This document shows, piece after piece, positions 37,772 to 49,648 of a DNA stretch of 64,000 nucleotides. The stretch's first letter is position 1; every line of letters begins with the position of its first letter. The stretch covers positions 5,456,001-5,520,000 of the forward strand of contig OZ059897.1 in NCBI GenBank assembly GCA_964057225.1, in the 5' to 3' direction. Both the position numbers and the translations under genes were made by a program. Source of the stretch: Auanema rhodensis (Eukaryota; Animalia; Nematoda). The notes below the pieces were generated by a model that did not search any database, had not been told where the DNA came from, and saw only the letters and a list, made by a program, of their open reading frames with translations.

Positions 37772-39149
37772 ATTTATATTCAAATAGAATAACATTCTAT
37801 TTTTTCAAAATAAATAATGTAAACTTCACAATATTAATTTAAATTATTTGTTAAATTGTATAAGCTTAAGTGATAAATGTTAAACCAAGAAGTTTGAGAG
37901 TATTGTTTGATGTTCTTTGATCTAAAATTGTACGTACATGATGTGACTACTTAAGAGTTTGAATAGATTTTAGAAGCCCAATTTCCTAGTTAGTACCTTG
38001 ACCTTATTCTTAATTATTCAAATAGAACTCCAAATGACAAGTAAAATGTTTAAAGAGTACACACTAAATATGTTGAATGAAATAATACAAATATGAAATA
38101 GTTTATGTGCACTTCAGACAGATTTGAACAGGATATTCATCTCATACCAGAAAAGCAACAACTCTCAAGAAACTACCAGATTGTAGATAGCAAGATCCAT
38201 GAAACGAGACTCAGTACGTTCCCTCTGACATCTTCTTGCCATAATATCCTTTCTTCCTTGCCAATTACAAATGTCTTTTTGCCTTAGATACACAAAAAAA
38301 GGAAATCAAAATATCTCGCTTCAATGATCTTGTACAACATCGGGATGACTTTCAAAGAAGGACAAGAGGACTGACATTGGATTTACCAAACCTTATAGTT
38401 ATCTCATAAGATTTCATATGTAGATTCATTTTATACAATTAGTTATAAACTATTTAAAACTAAAATTATTATTTTTTTAAATCAAAGAGTAATAATAAAC
38501 ATTTGCTACCGTAATTAGCGGTTCAGCAATTGAACAATTGGTGGTACATGAATCCAATTGCGCAATGTTGGCTTTTGAGAATAGTTTGACGACAAAAGAA
38601 AACTGACGACAGACACCTTTCATGACCTTTTATAGAAATCATGAGAAAAAACCTAATAATAAATATAATACTATAGTTTATAGTAAACTTATACTTACCA
38701 TTTTGATTAAAAAAAGATATCGAAGTTATATATATATCCAGGAAATTAATTTGTTATAACCCTCGATAATTGCGTCAGATGTGTTAGATGTATGCAACAT
38801 TGCTTGTAAGTAGTCGGAACATACTGAATAATCTCAACTTTTAAATGATTTAAATATATTTGTCGCTGCTTTTTACATTAAAAAATGTTGTTAGGAACGT
38901 GGGTGATGTCACAAACTGTATTGAAAGCTAGCTTAAACTCATATACAAAGCCTGTTATAATTGTTTATTAAAACTATACATATATTTTTCTTAAATAGTT
39001 ATATGTGTATGTAAATAAAATATAATTTTCTTATATTACAATATATGTTTAGTTTATGGAAAGTGAGACAAACGAAAGAGAAAGAACTGTATGAACCATA
39101 GGGGCAAAAACGAAAAAACACTGTTTGCATTTCAAATATGTAGATTCAC

Positions 39150-39510
39150 TCTCATCTATCTTTCTCAAAATCTTTAGCCTAGACCAACTTAAATCCTCAT
39201 CAACAATATCATCCAATATACTATTACTAGTACTATTCCGAAACTTCATATATGCATACGAGCTGAATATCCGGTTATGTACGTCCGAGATAGATACAGG
39301 CGTTTGAGTGCTAGTCTGTCGCTTGTATCGTCTTCTATGGACATCTCGTGTGTTCGTGCTCATCAGCAGAATACAAACATAGACATACATCCTCATATCC
39401 GCTTGATAGACAATACCGCCTCAGGCCAAATGAGGTCAGGAGCGGTTTGTCCTGACCCATACTAACACCACGTGTTCTCATATTAGGTGTTCCTTCAAAG
39501 CACAAAAAGC
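39150..39510 (+). mobile_element. Possible decayed RTE-like non-LTR retrotransposon 3' fragment
   Basis: Frameshifted peptides FIYAYEL..IQAFE..YRLL/DIS..H..TN resemble the post-RT motif LYxxETW..IxAFE..RRLLxIS..HxTN. Locally higher GC. Confidence 0.3.
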
Positions 39511-42500
39511 ATGATCAAAATAATAAAATTTGAAGATTATTTTGAGTTTTATCTCTATCAATTCAACTTTTAATATGTTTATAATCAGAGAAATGACTTC
39601 ATATGTTCCATATTTTCGGATTTGATTTATACTTGCTTGCATTGAAACTTGATCGTATCCAGCTTATTATTGTTTCCTTTACCTTTATATGAGAATCTTT
39701 GTTTGTTTTTTGAACGTCGTTCTCGAATCTATCATTAACAGTGCCTTTTCCATCGTTGAGGTCATCCTACAGGTGTTTTAAAAATGCTCGCTCTGCTCTG
39801 TGCATTCCATTGCCTGACCCTTAACTATATACAGTCACAGTGAATACTAATGAGCCAACATCTAGTCATAACGTCTTCCTTTTGTTCTCGACCTCAGGTT
39901 GGGGCTTCGAGATCGTTGCTTTGAAACAAGGGGCCTCGCAGCCAAAGAGCTAGTCTCTTCCGCCTTATTGTGTTTTCTTCCTCTTTTTCTAATTCAAAAA
40001 AACACAGAAACTATGGGGTATACCGCTGACCTATTGTGGATTAGATACCTTAACCATCCAACTGTTGAAGAGGAGTATTATATATGAAAAGAGAGGACGA
40101 AGAAGAGGGGGTAGGAAAGAGAGAGAAAGAGCAAAAAGAAAGAGGGAGAGTTTAGAACATGAGATCTAAGTTTAATTCCTGAGAACAGAAGAAAGATGAG
40201 AAAGAGAGGAAAAAAAGAAGAAAATGAGCAGTTCTCTTCTTAAGGTATCCACTTCAAGATGAACTATTCAAAGCTATCTTTGTGCTCCTGTAATAGTCTG
40301 GTACTATCGGACTGTTTGATGTTTCATTTCTAAAACACTTCTCATACCTATTGTACTCAGATCCTTCAATTAGCTCTAAAAAAAGATAAAAGGTTAAGAA
40401 GCTCTTTCATCATGTAGGCCTTATGTCTTTTGAATTTCCAAAATGATCATGGGAAACTAAAGAAACATTAGTATGTGTACATAAAAAACATTTTCATTCC
40501 AATTATTGAAGAGGAGTACATTTGCATTTTGGGAAATTTCATTGTAACTGTGAAGAAAATCACTTTTTAGGATTGTACTACTAGTTTCACTTCCATTATA
40601 TTTTTCCATTGCCTGACCCTGAAAGAGCATTGAGCCCATGACGAATATTTGAGGGAATCTGAAGGTTAACCATCGTGATATCATTCAATTTCTTCTAATC
40701 ATTCCCGATATTTACAACATTCATTGTATATGAATATATTGTAATAATGAATTTATGACTGTTGACAGTTAAATCTATTCTATCCAACGAAGCTCTTTTA
40801 CGATATTTGATCTGATCTGCGCACCTTTTCATCAATTTATAAATATATATTTGCCATATTAGGTATTATAATCAAGAAAATAGGAAAATATTCTTTATAT
40901 TCTTCAAAGTTATTCGAAAATTGGTTCAATAATCACAATATTTCGTATAGAATTATACGTTTAATATACCGTAAAGATTCTTGTAACATTTGATTTTATG
41001 AGGTAAACGAACAATTTGTTCTCTCTCTGTTTCTAAAATTAGTTTTTCGATGAAAAAAATCTTTTTTTTTTATAATTTTATAATGTTAAATAGTTTTATT
41101 AATTTCCAACAATATTCTGAAAATAATATAGGAAGGCCGTCTAATAAGAAAATTCCTCAGAATCTCTTGTTCAGCCCTTCTTTTCAGTAGTATTCTCACC
41201 TTGTCATCCTTTGGTTACTCCTTTGAACTTTACAAGGTCAAAAATATGTTTTCTTTCTTTGGCTGACCATATAGAGAATTCCTTAAGAATTTAGAAGACA
41301 AAGTTCTTCCTTCAGCGATCAAACTACTCTTGACAGCATTGCTACAGTTCTCATTGAAAAATCAAATTAATATTAGTCGGCTAGCCTTTGTCTCTATTTT
41401 CTTGCCTAAACATGTCTAAACACTTGACTCTTTGGTTTATAGGTGATGTATCTTCTTTACATAAGTTAGAACTCAAGTCTTTTCAGTTAAGTAATTACCC
41501 AATAGGAAAACATGTAACGAAATTGACAATCTTGTAAGAACTTTTGAAGAGAGAAGAAGATACATAATAATAGTAATTTTAAATGCCAAAAAACTTGTCC
41601 ATGACCTTTTACCTAACTCATTGTTCATTTCAAAACTTTTAAAAATTAGGAAAAAAACTTAATTATTGTATTTATTATTTATATATGAATAATATATCTT
41701 TTATATTGTTTCAGTTACTTTTCTTTGCGTAATACTAGTGTTGCGGTCCTTGAATTTTTCTAAAATTTCAATCTTCCCAGACATTCTAACCTTGATAGTT
41801 ATCCGTGTGTTTGATTATTTCGAGTCTGATTAGTCTTGGAAATAAAAAAAACCTGTCCAAATAAATGTACGATGATATTCATGAGTTTGAAGAAAAATTC
41901 GAACACATTCCTCTTATTTGCCGTCTTCTTCTTCCAACTCATATATGTATATCAAATAAAGCAAATCTTTTCTTTGAATTTCATGCCGATATTACAAGAA
42001 AATCAAGCTAAGCCGAAACACATCTGTGAGCATCTGTTCTAAACATTTCTGAGCATTTCATACATATACAGGTTGCTCTATATTATAATATCCGTAAAAG
42101 GCATAAATCAGTAACCTGGATTAGGCCATGTGACAACAGATGATATCTATTATTCGTCTGTCCTGAACAATTCCAATGCTCAATGGTCCAGTTTATAATT
42201 AATTTCTTATATATTCAAGACCAAATCTAAAATTATTAGAAAATCACAATTAATATTTTCAGGTAATCAAGAAATAACAGTCCGAAATTCATGTTGTAAG
42301 CATGTTTTGATCTGAATATTTCCAAAATTCGAAAAATCATTCATTGCTCTACCTCTCTTAGCTAGAATACTTTAACACATTTTGAGGTTTTAATACGAAA
42401 TATGTTTTCAGGCAACAACAAAAATTTGAATTTATGTTGTTGCTTGAAAACTTTCCAGCTTACTTATATACCCGCTTAAACTTGAAGATAATTAATATAT

Positions 42501-43067
42501 TTGTTGAATTTTAAATAGAAAATGTTTCTAATTTCTCAATTATTATTTCTTGATTGATGGGAAAATTATTTGAAATATCACACTTCAATTGGTCAATAGG
42601 TTAATTCTTAATGGGCGGGGCTAATACGATAGAGGTAGGCGGAGGAAGACCAAGTGTCTGACCTAGACCTCACTGGCTCATCTTTTCCATCCATGGCAGT
42701 TGACAACCAGGTACAATGTTCCAGCTGCTTGTCATTTTAGGCATTTGACCTTATTTTTGAAATATTTGAATGTGAAGCTTCTCCATATGGATCTCTAATG
42801 ATTGCTTCCACTTTTCTACAATAATTCAATATGTACCATTATGCTTACCATGTCTCATCTTTCTCTAAATTACTTTAGAATTACTTCAATACATTTTATG
42901 TTTTACGTTTTATTTTTCAAAATCTGTTAATCAATTGAATACATTTTCAGAAAACAAATCATAAAGTAGAATCAAAGTTTACACCTTCTCCTTCTACTTC
43001 TCTTCTTCTACAATTTCTACTATTACTTCTTCGTCATCAACTTTATATTCTCATATAAGTGCCAAAG

Positions 43068-46000
43068 ATGAAACTTCTAGTAATTCTATTAAGTCTTCTA
43101 CCGATTGTTCGATCTGTTATACAATTTGATAATGCTATCAAAGGTAAGTTAAATATTTAAAGAATAAAATTAATTATATTTTTTGGAAAGAATAGAGAAA
43201 TCAAAATATAATTTGTAAACGGAAATTTATTTTTTTCTCTTTTCTTTAACTATTTTCTCTGATTGATTCTAAAATAATTATAATCAACAAAAATCTTCCG
43301 TTTTGTGCTACAGTTGTAGTTGAAATCTTAAAGATTTGGTCTCCCTCTCTTTCTCTCTCTTTCTCTCTCTCTGTCTCTGTCTCTTTTTCTTCTTCTAAAT
43401 TCGTTCTATCCAAAAACAAACAAATATGTTATCAAACGCTAATATATTTATTATATTTTAAATATATTATTTAAGATAAACCAGCCATACAATGTGGACA
43501 TGGCCATATAGCTTTAGATGTTGAAACACTTCATTCTGCTCCAGCTCATGTATTTGCTAAAGGTCATTATAAAAAGGTTATAAATTAATATAAAATAAAT
43601 ATTTATAAACATATATTTTCAGGATGGATGTTCATTTAGTAATACAACACATGTTATTTTCGATTTTGCTAATTGCGATGTAAGCAGAAAGAGAGAGGTA
43701 TGAATGCAACCGCTTTATGAGTTCACTTTTTTAAAAATAACATGCTCAGCACACGTGAAATCCACGTGACATGAATATTTTAATCAATTTAGTTTAATTT
43801 CTTTTCTGAAGATGATTTATCTTATTTCAGGTTAATCCTCGAGGAATGTCTTACAGTATGACTGTTGTTGTTCAGCTTCATCCACTTTTTGTGACAAAAG
43901 TTGACCGTGCCTTCCATGTTCACTGCTTCTATCAAGAATCTGAAAAGGCCGTTGGAATTGGAATGAATATTACGTAAGCAATTAAGAGCAAAAATTAATT
44001 GGACGGAAATGAACGAAAAAACTATAAAAAGGGCAAATCTGATTCATTTTCTCGCGTTCCTCGTTTTTCTCGACACGTCGCACATTGACTCTTGAGGTCA
44101 ATGTCCGAAAATGTCTTTGATGACATAGAAGGAAAGAGTGAAGAGGTTAAAGCAATTTTCTAATTCGCACCTGACGCTTAACCACTTTTTTTTAATTTGC
44201 AGTTGTTTTTTACTGTTTAGGCATTTTTCATTTTCGTTTTGAATTCATCATCAAACAGCTAATCAAAAGTTCGAGAAGATGATTTATAGAACTATATTTC
44301 GTCCCTTCAAGACGAACATATCCTTATTAACTCAAATTCAATATATAGACATCGGTTGAGAAAAGAAAGACAATGAGACGAAAGACGAATCCGTCCGCCG
44401 TTGTGTCCCTCCGACAATCTTGCTTGTAGGCAGTTTTGCGGTTCTCGACCTACGTCGGAGCGCCAAAGCAATTAGCAATTGTGTCCATCGGCAGGCAAGT
44501 AAATTCAAGACGTATGGCTAATTATGGCTAGGTTAAAAGTAATAGATGACACATTGCTGATCATTCACAGAGTTATATTCTCTTGGTCTCTAGAGAAGGC
44601 AAAACAGTGACGGTATTGAATGGAGTAGCGCACCCCTCACATGTAGTTTGTACATCGAGAATATCCTGGCTATGCTAACATCTCAAAGAATAATGGCCGA
44701 AGATGCCGATCGAAGGTCGTGTATATTCTGAAGATGTATTGTTCTTTAAATGGGAAACGCAAGGATCTGCATCATCCAGGATAAAACCTTGACCCTTAGT
44801 CATTCGCAGCTTAAACTTAATAAATTTTTAAAGAAAATTATATATTAAAGTCGTAACTTCTTTTTTTTTCAGCGATCCAACTGCTGTTACTATAAATGGA
44901 ACAGAAAAAATTCCAGAGTGTCAATATACTTTACATAAGGTGATTACTCATCATATAAGTTAAATTCTCATCCAATTTATTATAGGATTCTGCTAATGGA
45001 CCTGTTAGTCGTTATGCTCAAGTTGGTGACACTATCTACCATGTATGGGATTGTCCATCAGAAACTTATTCTATGCTCGTTCATGACTGTAACATTATCG
45101 ATGGTCAAGGAAGTCAACATAAAGTTATCGACGAAAATGGGTGAGTATTCAAAGAAACGAACGTCAGTCTCAATTCCAAACTTAATCTGTAAAGTCAAGC
45201 TGATTACGAGAGGGTTAATCAGCCATATGGATGGCTAACTATATGTTATAATCTGAACGACTTTTCTCCCTTCCGTATTTTCCCCTTACTAACAAATATT
45301 TCTTTGTAACCACTCAAAGGTTAGAAAAAAATATTGACGAGAACGCATCTAAATACCCTCCGATCGAAGTTACAGCCATGACACAATATTTTGTTAGTTT
45401 GTTCATTGCGATCATTTAATGTTTCGACTGAAAGTCATAGAAATATGAAATACAAGCAAATTCTTTGTGTATTACAATCCTACAACAATTCCTTTTTCGG
45501 TTAGTTCGATTGGCAATGACCTTACATGCTCAGATAATCCTCTAATTCGTCTAGCTAAATATAGCAGATTTTGTCTTTGTAAAATAAAAATGAAGACGAA
45601 CACATGAAATATTTTGAATAATCGTAATAGAACTGAAGAAAAATTATTTTATTATTTTTAAAATTAAAACAAGATAATCTATGTTTGAACTAAAACTTAA
45701 ATAAAATATAATAAATATTTGTTATTTAGATGTTCAACAGATGACTATCTTATGCCAGAACTTATATATTCTGATCAATTAACTAAAACATTTACTGTAA
45801 GTTTCAATTAATTTTAATTAAAGTTTATTTAAATATCAACTTAGGCTTCAAATGCTTTCAACTTTCCTGATCAGAATACTGTATATTTCAACTGTCAAAT
45901 CAAACTTTGTATTAAAGGAACTGAAGAATGTGATAAAATCACGGTATGAGTTGTGAAAAATGCTTTCAATACATAAGTTTATTATTAAAGCCTCCACGTT

Positions 46001-47022
46001 GCGGAGCTCTCAGTGGACACAATGATGATCCAATGAAGAATGAGTTAGACCAAGATCAGCTTATTACCACAACTCAAGCTGATACAACTTCTACAACAGC
46101 TTCAACAACTACAGCAGCTCCAACAAGTACAACAACCAAAGGTATTTAACAATGGGAATCAATGTTACATTGAAGTTATATATAGCTCCTACAACTACAC
46201 CATCAACTACAACATCAACATCAACAACAACTACAACTACTACTGCTCCGCCATCCACTACAACAACTCGAATTGAAACAACTACTGCAACTATCATAAC
46301 TACCACCGTAACTGAGTTATCATCAACTACTGGTAATAATTTATAATTTCTTATGCTCTGAGCACATTGAAGTTACAGCTCCCGAAACAACGACAATCAT
46401 TATTCCTGCTGATAACTTCCCAACACCGTCAGAAATTCAAGAATTCGTTGACCGCAAAATGAATGAAACAAACGATGAGACTGAGGGATCAGGTACGAAC
46501 TTTCCAATTAAAATCTTATAACTTATCAATTCTTCCAGGACTTGAAATTGCTCCTGAAACAAAAACACCTATTTCTCTGATTGTTGCTGATCAAGAAACA
46601 GGCCGTGACATATACCTTCGCCCGTTATCTCAACAAGCTGCATCAACCGTTGGCCCTGCAAGTGATGAGAGTGCCACAACAGCTAAGCGGGAAATCCGAC
46701 GTCGTGATACAGTACTCGATGTTGATATCACTTCCCCCGAATTGACAATAGTCGATAAGGAATACGGTAAATATTTGAAATCCTAATGCACATGGAATTA
46801 TTTTTTTCTAACATTCTACATTCATTCATTTTAGCTGCTGCTGAAGCTCCAGAAGCTTTGAAATCAGTCAGTGCCACCGGCGATGAAAAGCCTATGTCTG
46901 TGTGTATGCCTTTGGTTGCATTCTGGTTATTAGCAGCTCTTTGCTGTTTCTGTGCCACGGTTATAGCTGCTGCCATCTGCTATGCTCAAAAGCAAAAAAA
47001 TAAGTTCCGAATGTTGCCATAA
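43068..47022 (+). CDS. Cuticlin-like ZP-domain protein with Thr-rich stalk, furin site and TM anchor
   Basis: Signal peptide, FDNAI..PAIQCG, VFAKGH, VVVQLHPLFVTKVDRAFHVHCFYQE, AQVGDTIYHVWDC, VIDENGCSTD, AFNFPDQNTVYFNCQIKLC, poly-Thr, KREIRRRD, TM LVAFWLLAALCCFCATVIAAAIC. Confidence 0.92.
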
Positions 47023-48871
47023 CCATCTAGACGGACTAGAGAATTCCCTAAAAGTTCTTGATAATTCAATATTAAAATCTTATTTGATTTCAATTCATAT
47101 TTAATAAGTATGAAATCAAAAAATAACTAGACTACTATTATATAAGCTAGAATTAAGGATGAAGTCTGAAATTGTAACAATACCATGTTTTCTGTGTAAT
47201 GTTGCTATTGCTTGACCAGAAACTATAAGCTTCAATACCTTATCAATATTTCTTTTTTCATTCAAATTTCAAACAAAAAGTTTCTTCAGTTTCAGTTTCT
47301 TTTGAAATTCTCTAATAGCCACGTTCATTGATTATTAGTGAATTGATATACTAATTGCTTGAATCGTTGAGAAAAGAATGTGTTACAGTAACGATATGCT
47401 TTAGTATCTGTCTTAATATGACAGGATATTTATAAATTCATTACGTGTCACTTTATTTAAATTATTTTCTTCAAAAATTTAGTATTTTAATATAATTATA
47501 TTCTTCTAAATTCACGCAATATCCACTTATCATGGATTGTATTTGTTTGATGTTAGATGTATTATTTAGACAATTTAATGATACATCAAACGGTTGCTTT
47601 ATCTTTATCTTCATCTTTCAACTCTTTTTTTTTTTACAAACTTTGTTAATGTTGTATTACGTATATCAAGATATTGGTGCAACTATTAACCAAGACATTC
47701 TCACCAAGTTCTGTAAAGATTTAGTTAAAATACAATCAAATATAAACATATATAAGCATGTATGTATATGCATATGTGTATGCATATATTTATAAATATT
47801 TTTGTTAATTTATATTAATTATATCATTCCATTAACTGTGAGTCTGTGTCTTCCAGCCTGTTTGCCTTATATAATATTTTTAATAATTTTCTTCTTTATG
47901 CTCTTCATCTCAACATTTCAATATGAATTACATGTTTTTCCATTTTATTATACATAAAAGTTTTTTTTAAATTGAGAATGTCATGTTCAATAAAGATTAA
48001 AGCTTAATTTACTTCTTCTATTACTTCATTTACATTGATGTTATGATTTGGAAGACTGATGAAGATTCGGTTGGAGAATTCAGTTGAATAAGTTATATGA
48101 AGGACTCATGTTGCACATCTTACATTACTGATCAATAGCTAGTTTATATCGTTTATCGAATCAAAGTTCAGGCTCAATTCCCTCTCATACACAGTTCAGA
48201 TTCATCACAAAAGCTGCCGATCACCTCAATATCGCCTGAGACTTGTGATGACACCTCGGGTGATTCTAACACATCAAATTGAAAGAATCAAATACATGAA
48301 ATAGATATTATTATCATAAGATATCTAAGAGTGCATTAGAGAAAAAGAGAAACACACAATCAAAATTGTGATCTGGATACATTCGGTTGTAATAATGAGA
48401 ATTCATCTCGCATCATTTTAGTTCAGATGTGATTGCTTCGAATAATGTCGTCTATTCATTTTGCTCATTCAACTTAATATGCCATTATTTAGCTCAGAAG
48501 ATCAATTCGTTTAAACGATGTAAAGTCTAGATACATTTAATTTTATATTAACGTTTAACCTTCAGTAGTAACAATTCTTATTTTCGTTTAAGTAATTCTA
48601 ATTTTTTATCCGAAAAAGACAATACTGAACGTTGTTTCTGAATGAAATCGGTTATAAGCTTAGAAACAATTGTTTAAGAATCTCGTTATATGAAAGGCTG
48701 TTCGCATGTTCAAGGAAGATTTTTAAACTTTAAAACAGATGATTCTTTCATCTCAGATTTGATTTGATTTTAAGTTCTAAACAGTTGAAAAATTATTTTT
48801 ATCGTTTCATCTGATGCTTTTTCTTTGTTAATACTTATTTATAAAATATATTTGAATCTTATTTTCAGGAT

Positions 48872-49648
48872 ATGAAGTCGTTTTTGATTCTCTTGGCTGT
48901 TTGCCTTTGCGGAATCGCTTTGGCTGATGAGTATGTCTCAATTGGTTATAAGAACTGTAGTATGTTTCCGAACTTATTTATTTAATTTTCTATTAAAACA
49001 CAATTTCTATAGAGAAAACGAGTGATAAAATTATTTTATTTCCAGAATCTAACTTTGATCTGAAAGATGTAGCTGTCTCTGGATGCACCTTGACAACAAC
49101 TAGCAAGGGAAGAAAACTTTGCGAATTCAAAAAGAAGAGCACCCCACGCATGAGAATCAAGTTTGTTGCTGGTAAGTTGATTCTTTGGCTTAATATTAGA
49201 AAATAAATGTTTATTAAACATATTCAAATCTCAGATAAGGACACAAGTGATTTGCAAACTGCTGTAAAGGCTAAGGTTGAAGAAACTATGATGGATTTCC
49301 CTCTTCCAAACAAGAATACATGTGAATTCGGTAAGATATTAGATGAAAATGAAAAAGAAAAATCTTTGTTCTTTTTAGGTTTATCTTGTCCATTGAAAGC
49401 AGGACAAGAATATGTATATGAGCAAGGCATTTCTATCCTCGATAACTATCCAGTTGTATGTTTTTATTTATTTTTAAAACTTCAATGTTTGTTTGGATAT
49501 TCAGAGAAATTGAAAAAATAAAATTCTTTGAAATTCTCTTATATAATCTTAATTTCAGGATGAAGTTTTCCAAGTCAGCTGGACTATTGGAAATGCTGCT
49601 AATGGTAATGATGTATGCTTGCTGTTCTTGGTTAAAGTAGTCGAATAA
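48872..49648 (+). CDS. heh-1: ML-domain (NPC2/HE1-like) secreted lipid-binding protein
   Basis: Signal peptide, YKNC..VAVSGC..CEFKK..DFPLPNKNTCEFGLSCPLKAGQEYVYEQGISILDNYP..QVSW..DVC. TTTTCAG acceptor 3 nt before the ATG. Confidence 0.85.

Larger units (their letters stand above)
35423..45522. promoter_or_regulatory. Cluster of RGGTCA nuclear-receptor half-sites around the cuticle genes
   Basis: About 18 AGGTCA/TGACCY sites in non-coding DNA (positions listed in findings). Confidence 0.5.

Noticed and set aside
39049-39396. 115-aa minus-strand ORF
   Set aside because: No recognisable domain or splice context. Better explained as the antisense of a decayed repeat.
40250-40690. Possible two-exon minus-strand gene
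   Set aside because: Short, unrecognisable peptides with no convincing start or splice chain.
44390-44800. GC-richer patch in a cuticlin intron
   Set aside because: No TIRs, TSD or recognisable peptide found. It may be an old repeat or enhancer, but I cannot support either.
48230-48263. Small stem-loop containing GTGATGA (C-box-like)
   Set aside because: No suitably placed D box or guide sequence identified; too short to call a snoRNA or miRNA.
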